In this document: positions 19,072 through 27,823 of the stretch, in pieces
Layout: each line of letters starts with the position of its first letter
How positions within the stretch are numbered: position 1 is the first letter of the stretch
Assembly (NCBI GenBank): GCA_936940865.1
Contig: CAKZJB010000081.1
Span: 6,899 to 70,898 of the forward strand
Origin: an uncultured Asticcacaulis sp.
GTDB lineage: Bacteria; Pseudomonadota; Alphaproteobacteria; Caulobacterales; Caulobacteraceae
Reading direction: 5' to 3'
Length of the DNA stretch: 64,000 nt
Notes under the pieces: generated by a model
What the model was told of the DNA's origin: nothing
Databases searched by the model: none
What the model saw: only the letters and a program-made list of their open reading frames with translations
Program-made: the position numbers and the translations under genes

Positions 19072-19584
19072 ATGCGCAAGACACAGATGATCCTGGCCGC
19101 GACCGCACTCACGCTGTCGCTGGCCGCCACGGCCGGCATCGCCGACGCCAAGCCCACGCGCCACCACAGCGTGAGCACGGCAAAGGCCAATGCCATTACG
19201 GCCGATCTCAACCGCAAGCAACTGCAGGGCAACGGCGCGGTGACCGCCAGCGGCGCCATGGATGCCAGCGCCAACGGCAACTCCATCAGCAATTCGACGG
19301 GCGTTGCCGGCAGTACCGACGCCACCAGCAGCATCAACAGCGCCGCGGCGACGACCGACCAGAACTCGGTCCCGGCAGGCTCGATGTCATCGACGACCAA
19401 CTCCGCCGTCGCCGGCGACAATTCGGCGACGATGAACAGCCCGTCGACCGACTCGACCGTGCCGAACACCGGCCAGGGCATGGATCAGTCGACGGCCAAT
19501 ACCCAGCCGCAACCCAGCGAGGACAAGGGCGCGGCCGGCAAGACCCCCAATCCGACCGACGCCACGGATCAGCCGGCGAAATAG
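19072..19584 (+). CDS. Secreted Ser/Thr/Asn/Ala-rich low-complexity protein
   Basis: ATG 19072 with AAGGG RBS and signal peptide MRKTQMILAATALTLSLAATAGIADA. No recognisable domain. Confidence 0.5.
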   Translation: MRKTQMILAATALTLSLAATAGIADAKPTRHHSVSTAKANAITADLNRKQLQGNGAVTASGAMDASANGNSISNSTGVAGSTDATSSINSAAATTDQNSVPAGSMSSTTNSAVAGDNSATMNSPSTDSTVPNTGQGMDQSTANTQPQPSEDKGAAGKTPNPTDATDQPAK

Positions 19585-19608
19585 ATCCGGCCGCCGCTGC
19601 GGCAAACA

Positions 19609-19638
19609 GGCCCCTGCCTATGCGGCGGGGGCTTTTTT
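19609..19638 (+). terminator. Rho-independent terminator
   Basis: GGCCCCTGCC / GGCGGGGGC stem followed by TTTTTT. Confidence 0.65.
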
Positions 19639-19689
19639 GCGTCCGCCCCCTTCCCTTCGCGCCGCTTATAGGCCATAAGCCCCGCCACA

Positions 19690-19810
19690 GTCATTGGGGA
19701 GTAGCCGCCGTTCCGCCGGAACGGAGTGCGCGCCAACATACTTGGAGCCTCAGCTCCATGGTGCGCACAGCGAAGAGACATCTTCGTCAGGCAAGACCTT
19801 TGGCCGGGAT
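19690..19810 (+). ncRNA. Probable yybP-ykoY (Mn2+) riboswitch leader
   Basis: Three conserved blocks occur in the canonical order: GGGGAGTAGCC (19696-19706), CCAACATAC (19732-19740) and GGCAAGACCTTTGG (19790-19803). Compare L. lactis/E. coli GGGGAGUAG...UUGACAUAC...GCAAGACCUUU. Helices can be drawn between them (CCGTTCC/GGAACGG, GTGCGCGCCA/TGGTGCGCAC, TGGAGC/GCTCCA, CGAAGA/TCTTCG). The element ends about 70 nt upstream of a cation-transporter gene. Confidence 0.6.
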
Positions 19811-19878
19811 GCGACGCCTTGCCGGGCGAGCCGCAGCCTGCGCCATTGGTTCATCTGCTTGCCCGGCCCGACAGACTG

Positions 19879-20889
19879 ATGCTTCTTACCCTCGTTCTTT
19901 TTCTCGGTTCGGCCGTCGCGATCTATGTGGCGTGCGAATACTTCGTCAACGCCGTCGAATGGTGCGGCAAGCACATGAACCTTGGGGCCACCGCCGTCGG
20001 CACGGTGCTGGCGGCCTTTGGCACCGCCCTGCCGGAAAGCGCGGTGACCCTGACCGCCGTGGCCTTCGGAAAGACGCCCGAGGCGCGCGATATCGGCGTC
20101 GGCGCCGCCATGGGCGGGCCCCTGGTGCTGGCCACCATAGCCTACGGCGTCGTGGGCCTGGCGCTGTGGCTCAACCAGCGCAAGCTCAAGCGCGCCGACC
20201 ATGCCGTGCGCGCTGACGGCCGGCGGCTGGCCGGCGACCAGCTCGCCTTCCTGGCCATCTTCATCGTCAAGGTCGGCCTGGGGCTGGTCGCCTTTGCGGT
20301 CAAGCCGTGGCTGGGCGTGCTGTTCCTCACGGCCTATGCGCTCTATGTCTGGCGGGAGATCCGCTCGGAAGACGACGGCGGCGAGGATGACGACTTTCTT
20401 GAGCCGCTGAAAATCAAGCCCGGCAATCCGAACCTGTTCTGGGCCGGCCTGCAGACCTGCTCGGCGCTGGCCGCAATCGCCTTCGCCTCGCACCTGTTCG
20501 TCGGGCAACTGGAAGCCATCGGCCATATGGCCGGCCTGTCGCCGCATCTGGTCGCCCTGCTGCTCAGCCCCGTCGCGACCGAGCTTCCCGAAACCATGAA
20601 CGCCATCATCTGGGTGCGCCAGGGCAAGGAGCGGCTGGCGCTCGCCAACATCTCGGGCGCCATGATGATCCAGGCGACGATCCCGTCGGCGCTGGGCATC
20701 ATCTTCACGCCCTGGCGTTTCGACGCGACTCTGATGGTGTCCGGCGCGGTGACCGCCGTCGCCATCGTGGTTCTTTGGGCCATGTTCCGGTCAGGCAAGG
20801 TCGACAGCCGCCTGCTGGCCGCCATCGGTCTTTTGTACGGCCTGTTCGCGGCATGGCTTGTCTTCGCCCCGCATTTCGGCATTGGATAG
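19879..20889 (+). CDS. CaCA-family (Na+/Ca2+-exchanger-type) cation antiporter
   Basis: 336 aa from ATG 19879, polytopic, with two alpha-repeat signatures GTALPE and ATELPE. The upstream part of track ORF 19726.. overlaps the riboswitch and is unlikely to be coding. Confidence 0.75.
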   Translation: MLLTLVLFLGSAVAIYVACEYFVNAVEWCGKHMNLGATAVGTVLAAFGTALPESAVTLTAVAFGKTPEARDIGVGAAMGGPLVLATIAYGVVGLALWLNQRKLKRADHAVRADGRRLAGDQLAFLAIFIVKVGLGLVAFAVKPWLGVLFLTAYALYVWREIRSEDDGGEDDDFLEPLKIKPGNPNLFWAGLQTCSALAAIAFASHLFVGQLEAIGHMAGLSPHLVALLLSPVATELPETMNAIIWVRQGKERLALANISGAMMIQATIPSALGIIFTPWRFDATLMVSGAVTAVAIVVLWAMFRSGKVDSRLLAAIGLLYGLFAAWLVFAPHFGIG

Positions 20890-20893
20890 CCGG

Positions 20894-21184
20894 ATGGCCA
20901 AATCGGACGACCGCTGCAAACAGGAACCGGGCGCATTCACGCCCGTCATCGATCGCGCCCGCTGCGAGGGCAAGGCCGACTGCGTGGTCATCTGCCCCTA
21001 CGACGTCTTCGAACTGGGCACGGTGCCGGCGGCGGACCGCGCGGCCCTGCCCTTCATGGCGAAGGTCAAGGGCACGCTGCATGGCTGGAAGCAGGCCTTC
21101 GCCGTCAATGCCGACGCCTGCCGGGCCTGCGGGCTGTGCGTCGAGGCCTGTCCGGAAAAGGCGATAAAGCTGGCGAGGCGCTGA
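20894..21184 (+). CDS. Small 4Fe-4S ferredoxin-type protein
   Basis: One canonical CRACGLCVEACP motif and one atypical CEGKADCVVICP motif. It starts 5 nt after the CaCA stop, so it is probably in the same operon. Confidence 0.75.
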   Translation: MAKSDDRCKQEPGAFTPVIDRARCEGKADCVVICPYDVFELGTVPAADRAALPFMAKVKGTLHGWKQAFAVNADACRACGLCVEACPEKAIKLARR

Positions 21185-21237
21185 CGTGCCGTTCCGACGT
21201 TTCCGAGGAAACGTCGGCTTCGTCGAGCCTGCTCCGG

Positions 21238-22035
21238 CTACTTCAGGATGCCCATGGAGCGCTGGGTGTCGCGCAGGGCCAGGCGCACCAGAGCCTCCAT
21301 GCACCAGCGCGCGTCGTTGACGTCGCTTCTGGCAATGGCTTCATAGACGGCGCGGTGATCGGGCACCGGATCGCGATCTAGCGCGCGGGCGCGCTGCTTG
21401 TAGCGCGTGGACCAGGCCACGGCGGCGCCGATCGAGGAACTGAGCGAGGCCAGGGCCTCGTTGTTGGCGGCGTCGATCAGGGCGTCGTGGAAGTCGAGGT
21501 CCGCCTGGCGGCCGGCTTCGGTGGCCAGCGTCTGCTCGGCCATGACGATCAGCGCCCGGTCCATGGCCTTGAGGTGCGCATCCGTGCGGCGCTGTGCCGC
21601 CAGGGCGGCGGCGGCCGGCTCGGTGATCAGGCGCAGCTCGAACAGGTCCATGATGAAGTCTTCGCCCGGCTCGGTCTCGAACATCCATTTCAGAACCTCG
21701 GGGTCGAGGATGTTCCAGCGCTTGCGTTCGGTGACGCGCGTCCCCGTCTTGGGCCGGCTTTCGACCATGCCCTTGGCGGCCAGGATGCGGATCGCCTCGC
21801 GGAAGGCGGAGCGCGAAATCTCGAGGCTGGAGCTGAACTGGATCTCGTTGGGCAGGGTTTCGCCCGGCGCATAGGCACCCTTGAGGATATCGACGCCGAT
21901 CTTGTGCGCCAGGGCGCCGTGCAGGCGCCCCTGCGGAATCTGGCTGCGAAACGACGTATCGAGCGGTCCGGTGTCGAGGGCGTAGGCCTCCTCGTCCGTA
22001 TCGTCTTCAAAGGAATCGTATTCTGAGCCAGCCAT
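21238..22035 (-). CDS. GntR-family regulator, FadR/FCD subfamily
   Basis: N-terminal wHTH (LPNEIQFSSSLEISRSAFREAIRILAAKGMVESRPKTGTRV) and a helical FCD-type C-terminal domain. Confidence 0.85.
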   Translation of the reverse strand: MAGSEYDSFEDDTDEEAYALDTGPLDTSFRSQIPQGRLHGALAHKIGVDILKGAYAPGETLPNEIQFSSSLEISRSAFREAIRILAAKGMVESRPKTGTRVTERKRWNILDPEVLKWMFETEPGEDFIMDLFELRLITEPAAAALAAQRRTDAHLKAMDRALIVMAEQTLATEAGRQADLDFHDALIDAANNEALASLSSSIGAAVAWSTRYKQRARALDRDPVPDHRAVYEAIARSDVNDARWCMEALVRLALRDTQRSMGILK

Positions 22036-22325
22036 GGTTCGACTATGTCATTTTATCAGACAATTGACAACAACGCCCCCTGTGAACGTGCCCTCTGTCT
22101 GAAATGGTGGTGGTTATCGGGCGGGCCGGATCCCGTCCGGCCGACACATATTACGCACATTCCTTGAAACGATGCAGCGCTTTTGTTTTTGCGCCGGAAC
22201 ATGGGTTTATACGGCGATCGGCCATCCGTCCGACGTGGCCTTTGCAGCCTTATGCCAACGGTCATACTTTATGGCCGTTGGTATAAATCTTTTTCAGCTC
22301 AAACGCCGCATGCCTCGCCGCCCAC

Positions 22326-22434
22326 GAAGCATTGTCCCAACGCTTCGCTCTTTGAGGACAAGAAGCGTTGTCCTGACGCTTCGCTCCTTGAGGACCAAGA
22401 AGCGTTGTCCTGACGCTTCGCTCCTTGAGGACAA
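22326..22434. repeat. Three tandem 36-37-bp hairpin-forming repeats
   Basis: The unit GAAGCGTTGTCCTGACGCTTCGCTCCTTGAGGAC(C)AA occurs three times (the first copy is degenerate). Each unit contains a GAAGCG/CGCTTC stem. Confidence 0.8.
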
Positions 22435-22505
22435 GGCGGCGGCGCGCAGTCGCGCTTTGCCTGGTCACGCAATTTATCCGATAAAGCGGTATCCACTTAT
22501 CGGAT

Positions 22506-23009
22506 TTAGAACGGAATCTCGTCGTCGAGATCGAAGCTTTGCGCAGGCTGCCTGGAGGTCTGCTTCGGACCGGCCGAAGCCGGCGCGCCGCCGCCGTACG
22601 AGTCTTCATAGTCATTGTAGCCGCCGCCGGACGAAGCGCCACCACCGCCCTGGTCGCCGCGGCCGCCGAGCAGGGTCAGGTTGCCGTTGAAGCGCTGCAG
22701 CACGATTTCGGTCGTGTACTTTTCAACGCCTTGTTGATCGGTCCACTTACGGGTCTGCAGGCTGCCTTCCAGATATACGGTCGAACCCTTGCGCAGATAT
22801 TGTTCGGCGATCTTGGCCAGGTTGTCGTTGAAAATGACGACCCGGTGCCATTCGGTCTTTTCCTTGCGCTCGCCGGTTGCCTTGTCGCGCCACTGTTCAG
22901 ACGTAGCAACCGTCAGGTTGGCGACGCGTTCACCCGAGTTCAGGGTGCGGATTTCCGGATCCTTGCCCAGATTGCCGATGATGATGACCTTGTTGACGCT
23001 TCCCGCCAT
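22506..23009 (-). CDS. ssb: Single-stranded DNA-binding protein
   Basis: [24 protein letters not shown]-fold N-terminus, a Gly-rich linker and the acidic tail DDEIPF. Start at ATG 23009, not the track start. Confidence 0.9.
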   Translation of the reverse strand: MAGSVNKVIIIGNLGKDPEIRTLNSGERVANLTVATSEQWRDKATGERKEKTEWHRVVIFNDNLAKIAEQYLRKGSTVYLEGSLQTRKWTDQQGVEKYTTEIVLQRFNGNLTLLGGRGDQGGGGASSGGGYNDYEDSYGGGAPASAGPKQTSRQPAQSFDLDDEIPF

Positions 23010-23229
23010 TTGACTTGCCTTTCCGAACTGCCGCAACAGGCGCACCCGCCACGACACACATGTGCGGTAGAACCGCGAATCCACGCGACACTAGAACCTT
23101 CCGAAGCGAAATCCAACGCGCTCGGTAAGGTTTGAGTAACTTTCCTGTTAATCAATCGTTCCCGATTTGTACCAGACGCCAGCAGAAACCGCCAGCCCTA
23201 AAATCGGGATGGCGGCCTGGTGGAGCCGC

Positions 23230-23733
23230 TTACGGTTTGGCCTTGGCGGGGGACGCCGTTGGAGCGGCATCGGGCGTCTTGGGGAGATCCTTGGGCACTG
23301 TCACGGTTTCGGGCTTTCCGCCCTCGACCAGGGTATCGTCGACGTGGGCGGCGCTGGGCGACACCAGCTGGTTGCCGACGACGACCAGGAACGGAAACTG
23401 CGGACCGTCGTACTTGGTCGCCATGCGCACCTCGCCATTGGCGGCGAACAGGAAGGTCCCCTGATAAACCCCCTCGGTCACCGGACCGGCCGTGCCGGTC
23501 GTCATGAAGCTGCGGCGGACATTATAGATTTCGACGGCGCAGTGTTCGAGATCTGGCACGTTGCGCTTGACCTCATTGAACTTGAGCTTGTCATGGCCGT
23601 TCTTGTCCTTGCCGACATGGCCGATGAAGTAGCAGACGCCTTCTTCGCGCGGTGGCTTGACCTCCTCGCAGGCCGACAACGTCACAAGGCCCGCGCCCAT
23701 GAGGCCGAAAACCAGGACCGAAGAAATGCGCAT
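23230..23733 (-). CDS. Hypothetical lipoprotein
   Basis: ATG 23733 with GGGGA RBS. Signal peptide plus lipobox MRISSVLVFGLMGAGLVTLSAC. Confidence 0.55.
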   Translation of the reverse strand: MRISSVLVFGLMGAGLVTLSACEEVKPPREEGVCYFIGHVGKDKNGHDKLKFNEVKRNVPDLEHCAVEIYNVRRSFMTTGTAGPVTEGVYQGTFLFAANGEVRMATKYDGPQFPFLVVVGNQLVSPSAAHVDDTLVEGGKPETVTVPKDLPKTPDAAPTASPAKAKP

Positions 23734-23843
23734 AGGGTTCCCCGTGAATCTTGTAATCCGTATCGGCACTTAATCACGGCCGGGAAAGAAAGTCAGCCCT
23801 TATCCCGAAGGTCACCAAAAATGACTACCCGGACAGCCCCGCC

Positions 23844-24518
23844 CTACTTCACCATGGGCACGGCGCAGCCCTGCCCCTGTTCGACCAGGGTGCGGAAGGT
23901 GGCGTTGTCGTCCGAGATTTCAACCCGGTGCGGCACCAGGCGCAGGGTCTTTTCGCCCCACCGGCCGTATTGCGCCGAACCCGGCGATACGCAGCGGCCG
24001 TCATAGAGCAGACGCGCGCACTGGCCCAGCGTCAAAGTGTCCGACAGACGGTTCCATTCATTGCCGCTATAGCGCATGCAGGTCGCCGTCGGGCCTTGCG
24101 CCGCCTGGGTGTCCGGCACGACTTCCGCAGCATCGCCCGGCGTCGCCGGATTGGCCGTGGCAGAGGTCGGAGCACCGGGAACCGGCGTCAGCGACCCCGT
24201 CGGGGCCGCCACCACATTGCCGTTGTCGTCCAGCCCGACATCCAGCGCCTGAGCGGCGACACCGTTCTTCTTGGCGCAGTCCGCCAGGGTCAGATCGCCG
24301 ACATAGGCGCCGTTGACATAGCAGCGCAGCGGCTTCTTGGAATCGAGCGTGGCCGGCGTATCGGCGACGGTGAAGGTCAGCCCGGGCGGCTGATCGTTCA
24401 TCTTCTTGTCGTCCTTATGCCCTTTCGACAGGCCGAGCGCCAGGAAAACAGCCACCGCGATCGCCACCGCAGCGCCGGCGGAAATGCCGATCCAGCGCTT
24501 CTGATCCATCCCTGCCAT
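23844..24518 (-). CDS. Membrane-anchored hypothetical protein with two Cys-containing modules
   Basis: ATG 24518 with GGGGGA RBS. N-terminal TM IGISAGAAVAIAVAVFLALGL. Two similar C...LTL..C modules are separated by a Pro/Thr/Ala linker. Confidence 0.5.
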   Translation of the reverse strand: MAGMDQKRWIGISAGAAVAIAVAVFLALGLSKGHKDDKKMNDQPPGLTFTVADTPATLDSKKPLRCYVNGAYVGDLTLADCAKKNGVAAQALDVGLDDNGNVVAAPTGSLTPVPGAPTSATANPATPGDAAEVVPDTQAAQGPTATCMRYSGNEWNRLSDTLTLGQCARLLYDGRCVSPGSAQYGRWGEKTLRLVPHRVEISDDNATFRTLVEQGQGCAVPMVK

Positions 24519-24656
24519 AAGATCCCCCTTTTGACGACGTTTCTGCCCGGGCCACGATTTCGCGCACTCTACGCGAGGCCGCAGGGCCGCTCAAGCACCT
24601 TGAGCCTGCCGCCGTCTAATTCCGCTGTGCGGCTTTTTTATGATGGGGTCGCGGCC

Positions 24657-27600
24657 TTACCCGCCAAGCAACAGGCTGGCGGTACTGGTGGGCTGTCCGG
24701 CGGTGAGACGTTGCAGGGCCGCCTGGTAATTGCTTATCTGGCTGGTCAGGTAAGCCGGCGCGGTGCCGCTGCCATTGCCCTTGGTCTTGCTGTCGCTGGC
24801 CTGGGGGTCGCCGTACTTCAGATAGGTATAGACCTTCTGGACGTCCTTGATCGTCTTCTTCAGCTTGTCGATCGCATCCGAAATCGCGCTGTCCGAATTG
24901 AGGTTCAGCGAGGTGTCGAAGTCGAGCCCCATGCCCTTCTGCGACTTGAGATAGTCGACAGCCTTGGCATCCATCGCCTTGTTGGCGTCCGAACTGACCA
25001 CTCCCGGCGCAAGACCCAGGCCTGCCAGGGCGTCGCGGCCGGCGGGCCCGGCCACGAACTCCATCTTGCTCGATCCGTTGGCCGGCTTGATGTCCAGCTG
25101 GTTCAGCTGTTTGCCCAGCACCTTCGATACGCTGACCTCGAGCTTGTAGCCCGACGCCCGCACGATCTTCTTGGCCAGGGTATCGAGCGTCTCGTTGGCG
25201 TCGATGGTGATGGTCTTCTTCACGCCAGAATCGGGGTCGACCATGTAGAACTGGTCGCCCGTGCGAACGCTGGTCCCCGCCGTGATCGTGTTGGAATCGG
25301 TGTAAAGCAGCTTGCCCTGCGGCAAACCGAGGCGATCGAGGACGCTGGAAGCCCCGGGCGCCACGGCGATCGCGTTCGGCGTGACCTTGCCGTCTGTGCC
25401 TGTGAAGCGCGCCACAACGGTACCGGTTCCCGTCGCGACATCGAGCTTGGCCAGATACCCGTCCTGGGCCTTGGTCGCCGTCGACAGCATGGTGGTGCCG
25501 TTCAGGTCGCCCGTCGTCGAGCCGGCAATCCAGGCCGTACCGTTGGCGAACTGCACGTGAGCGTCCTTTTCGACGCCGGTGCCGCCGAAATAGGCGATGG
25601 TGTCGGTGCCCGCATTGCTCAGGTTGGAATCGATTGACAGGGCATAGGCGTCGTACCCGCCCGAATAGCCGTGCGTGACGGTACCGCCGGCCAGAAGCTT
25701 GTCGGAACCGGCCGAACCGCCGAGATAAAGCTTGCCGTTATACAAGGACATGCCGCTGATGTTGCCGCCGCCGATTCCGCCGAGATCGCGGGAGCCCGCA
25801 AGCGTCGCCGTGGTCTTGGTGGTCGATACGCCATTGGCATCGGTCGTTGTCGCCGTGCCGATCGCATAGGACTTGACCACTGCATTGCCGTTTTCGATGC
25901 CCGACGTATAGACCGTGCTGCCGTCGACGACGATGCCGGAAACGGAATCGCTGCCCGTCGTGCCGCCCTGCGTCGCGAAGGTCGCCTTGCCGTCCGCCGA
26001 GACCCCCATCAGGTAGGAGTCCCAGTTGCCGACCTGGCCGGTCGCGCCCGGCATGGTCGACTTGGTGCGCCCGCCGACATAGACCGAGCCGTCGGCTCCG
26101 AAGGCCACGGCGGTCGCCTCGTCCTCGGCCGAGGCGCCGCGGCGCTGCGTCCACTGCTCGACGCCCGCCGAGTCGAGCACGGTCACGAAGCTGTCCGATA
26201 TAGTGGGACTGGCGCCATTGGTGCTGATGTTGCTGGTCGAGGTCGACGACACCGCCGTACTGCCCGAACCGTACGTGCGCGTCGTCGTCTGCGAGATATC
26301 CAGCGCGCCGGTTACCGATCCCGTGATGGCCACCTTGCCGTCGGCCGAGACGGCCATATTGTAGCCGGTGGCGGTGTTCGACGCCCCGAGCGTGCGCGTA
26401 TAGACCAGGTTGCCGGCGGAATCGTACTTCATCAGGGCCACATCCTGCGTGCCCTTGATGTCCTGACTCGACACCGTGCCGTTGACATCGGCCAGCACAT
26501 AGACCGAACCGTCGCTGCCGGCGACCGACTGGCGGACATTGGCGACGGTGTCGGGCAGCGCCGTCTGTTCCGATTCCCCCTGCACCCAGTACTTGTCGCC
26601 GACCTTGGAAATCGGATCGGCCAGGGTGGTGCCGGCAGCGTTCTCTGTCGTCTGGAACTTCATGAGCGACGAAGTCACGTCGGTGGACTTGGTGCTGTCA
26701 GCCGAAGCCGTGCTGGTCGACGTGGTCGACGTCGTCGACTTGCTGGTGGTCGTGATCTTCTTGTCCGGATCGCCGGTCGTCTGCATGACATAGACGGCGT
26801 CGGCGGTGTCCGGCGCGCTGAACGACAGCTGTTCGTACGACACGCCCTTGATCTGCAGGCCGAAACTGTCCTGGCCGGACGCAATCGTCACCTGTTTGCC
26901 GTTGACCGTCTGGGTCGTGGGCGTCGCCGGCGTGCGGTTGACCACAAACTTGGTGCTGAGGCCCTGGGCCTTCAGCTTGTCGTTGATAAAGCTGACGACG
27001 TTCGACATGGATCGCGTCTGCGTCCCCATGTCGTTGAGATCGATATTGATCGTGAAGGGTGTCGCCGTGCCGGTCTTCTTCACCGTCATGGTGAACCGGA
27101 CATCGCCTTCGAAAGCCTTGACCGAAGAAGACGCCGATCCCGTCGCAATGGCGTCTGCGGTATAGGTCGTGTTGGTCTTGGCCACGCCGACCGTGTTTTT
27201 CAGCTCGGTGGTCAGCGTGCCTTCGGTCAGGTTGACGTGATCGAACTTGGTGCCGGAAATATAGGCGTCGACTTCCTTCATGCCGGCGGCGAACCGGCGC
27301 TGCACCTGCGCCAGGGCGTTGGTCGACAGTTTGCCGTTCTGCGCCTTGTCGGCCAGGCCCTGCAGGGCGCTTAAGCCCTGATACAGACCGAACAGCTTGT
27401 TGTAGTCGGCGGATGCGCCGGGCACGCTCGACAGCGACGACGGGTCGATGAACTTGTGCCCCATCAGCACCTTGCTGACCAGACTGTTTTCGTCGTCGGC
27501 GGCGGTGCTGGAGTTCCACGGCGCGCGCGGAGCCGTCCCGGATCCCGTGGGAGAATTGGTTTTGTCGCCGGTTGTCGTGGCCGATGAAGACGCGCCCGAA

Positions 27601-27677
27601 GACGACGCCGAGGCCCCTGCGACACCGGCCTTGGCGTTGTAGTAGGATGTCAGGAGGCTCGAATCGAACGAGATCAC
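24657..27677 (-). CDS. Large (1006 aa) flagellin-locus protein, FlaEY-like by position
   Basis: GTG 27677 with AAGGA 8 nt upstream. Ser/Thr-rich tracts and repeated DGSVYV / DGKVAITG / DGSTVYTSG blade-like motifs. It lies immediately downstream of the flagellin genes, as flaEY does in C. crescentus (recollection). Confidence 0.55.
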   Translation of the reverse strand: MISFDSSLLTSYYNAKAGVAGASASSSGASSSATTTGDKTNSPTGSGTAPRAPWNSSTAADDENSLVSKVLMGHKFIDPSSLSSVPGASADYNKLFGLYQGLSALQGLADKAQNGKLSTNALAQVQRRFAAGMKEVDAYISGTKFDHVNLTEGTLTTELKNTVGVAKTNTTYTADAIATGSASSSVKAFEGDVRFTMTVKKTGTATPFTINIDLNDMGTQTRSMSNVVSFINDKLKAQGLSTKFVVNRTPATPTTQTVNGKQVTIASGQDSFGLQIKGVSYEQLSFSAPDTADAVYVMQTTGDPDKKITTTSKSTTSTTSTSTASADSTKSTDVTSSLMKFQTTENAAGTTLADPISKVGDKYWVQGESEQTALPDTVANVRQSVAGSDGSVYVLADVNGTVSSQDIKGTQDVALMKYDSAGNLVYTRTLGASNTATGYNMAVSADGKVAITGSVTGALDISQTTTRTYGSGSTAVSSTSTSNISTNGASPTISDSFVTVLDSAGVEQWTQRRGASAEDEATAVAFGADGSVYVGGRTKSTMPGATGQVGNWDSYLMGVSADGKATFATQGGTTGSDSVSGIVVDGSTVYTSGIENGNAVVKSYAIGTATTTDANGVSTTKTTATLAGSRDLGGIGGGNISGMSLYNGKLYLGGSAGSDKLLAGGTVTHGYSGGYDAYALSIDSNLSNAGTDTIAYFGGTGVEKDAHVQFANGTAWIAGSTTGDLNGTTMLSTATKAQDGYLAKLDVATGTGTVVARFTGTDGKVTPNAIAVAPGASSVLDRLGLPQGKLLYTDSNTITAGTSVRTGDQFYMVDPDSGVKKTITIDANETLDTLAKKIVRASGYKLEVSVSKVLGKQLNQLDIKPANGSSKMEFVAGPAGRDALAGLGLAPGVVSSDANKAMDAKAVDYLKSQKGMGLDFDTSLNLNSDSAISDAIDKLKKTIKDVQKVYTYLKYGDPQASDSKTKGNGSGTAPAYLTSQISNYQAALQRLTAGQPTSTASLLLGG

Positions 27678-27756
27678 GACGGGAATCCTTGCAACACGCG
27701 CCGCCAGTATCCCTTAACAGCCTTTAAGAGTCGTAAACTTTTTCGCCAGGTCTTTG

Positions 27757-27797
27757 AAAAACAAAGGCCCGCGCCGTATCAAAACGGCACGGGCCCT
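27757..27797 (-). terminator. Rho-independent terminator after the last flagellin gene
   Basis: Minus strand GGGCCCGTGCCG-TTTTGATA-CGGCGCGGGCC followed by TTTGTTTTT. Confidence 0.6.
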
Positions 27798-27823
27798 TGC
27801 GAATTTGCGAGCATTTCAGGCGC

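Noticed and set aside
22326-22434. CRISPR array?
   Set aside because: The units abut directly with no unique spacers, there are only three copies, and no cas genes are present.
23010-23229. SOS (LexA) box upstream of ssb
   Set aside because: GTTC/GAAC half-sites are present, but not at the alphaproteobacterial GTTC-N7-GTTC spacing.
27691-27707. Sigma54 promoter for the FlaEY-like gene (minus strand TGGCGGCGCGTGTTGCA)
   Set aside because: The GG-to-GC spacing is 11 nt rather than 10, and the element ends only about 14 nt from the GTG start, which leaves no room for a leader and RBS.
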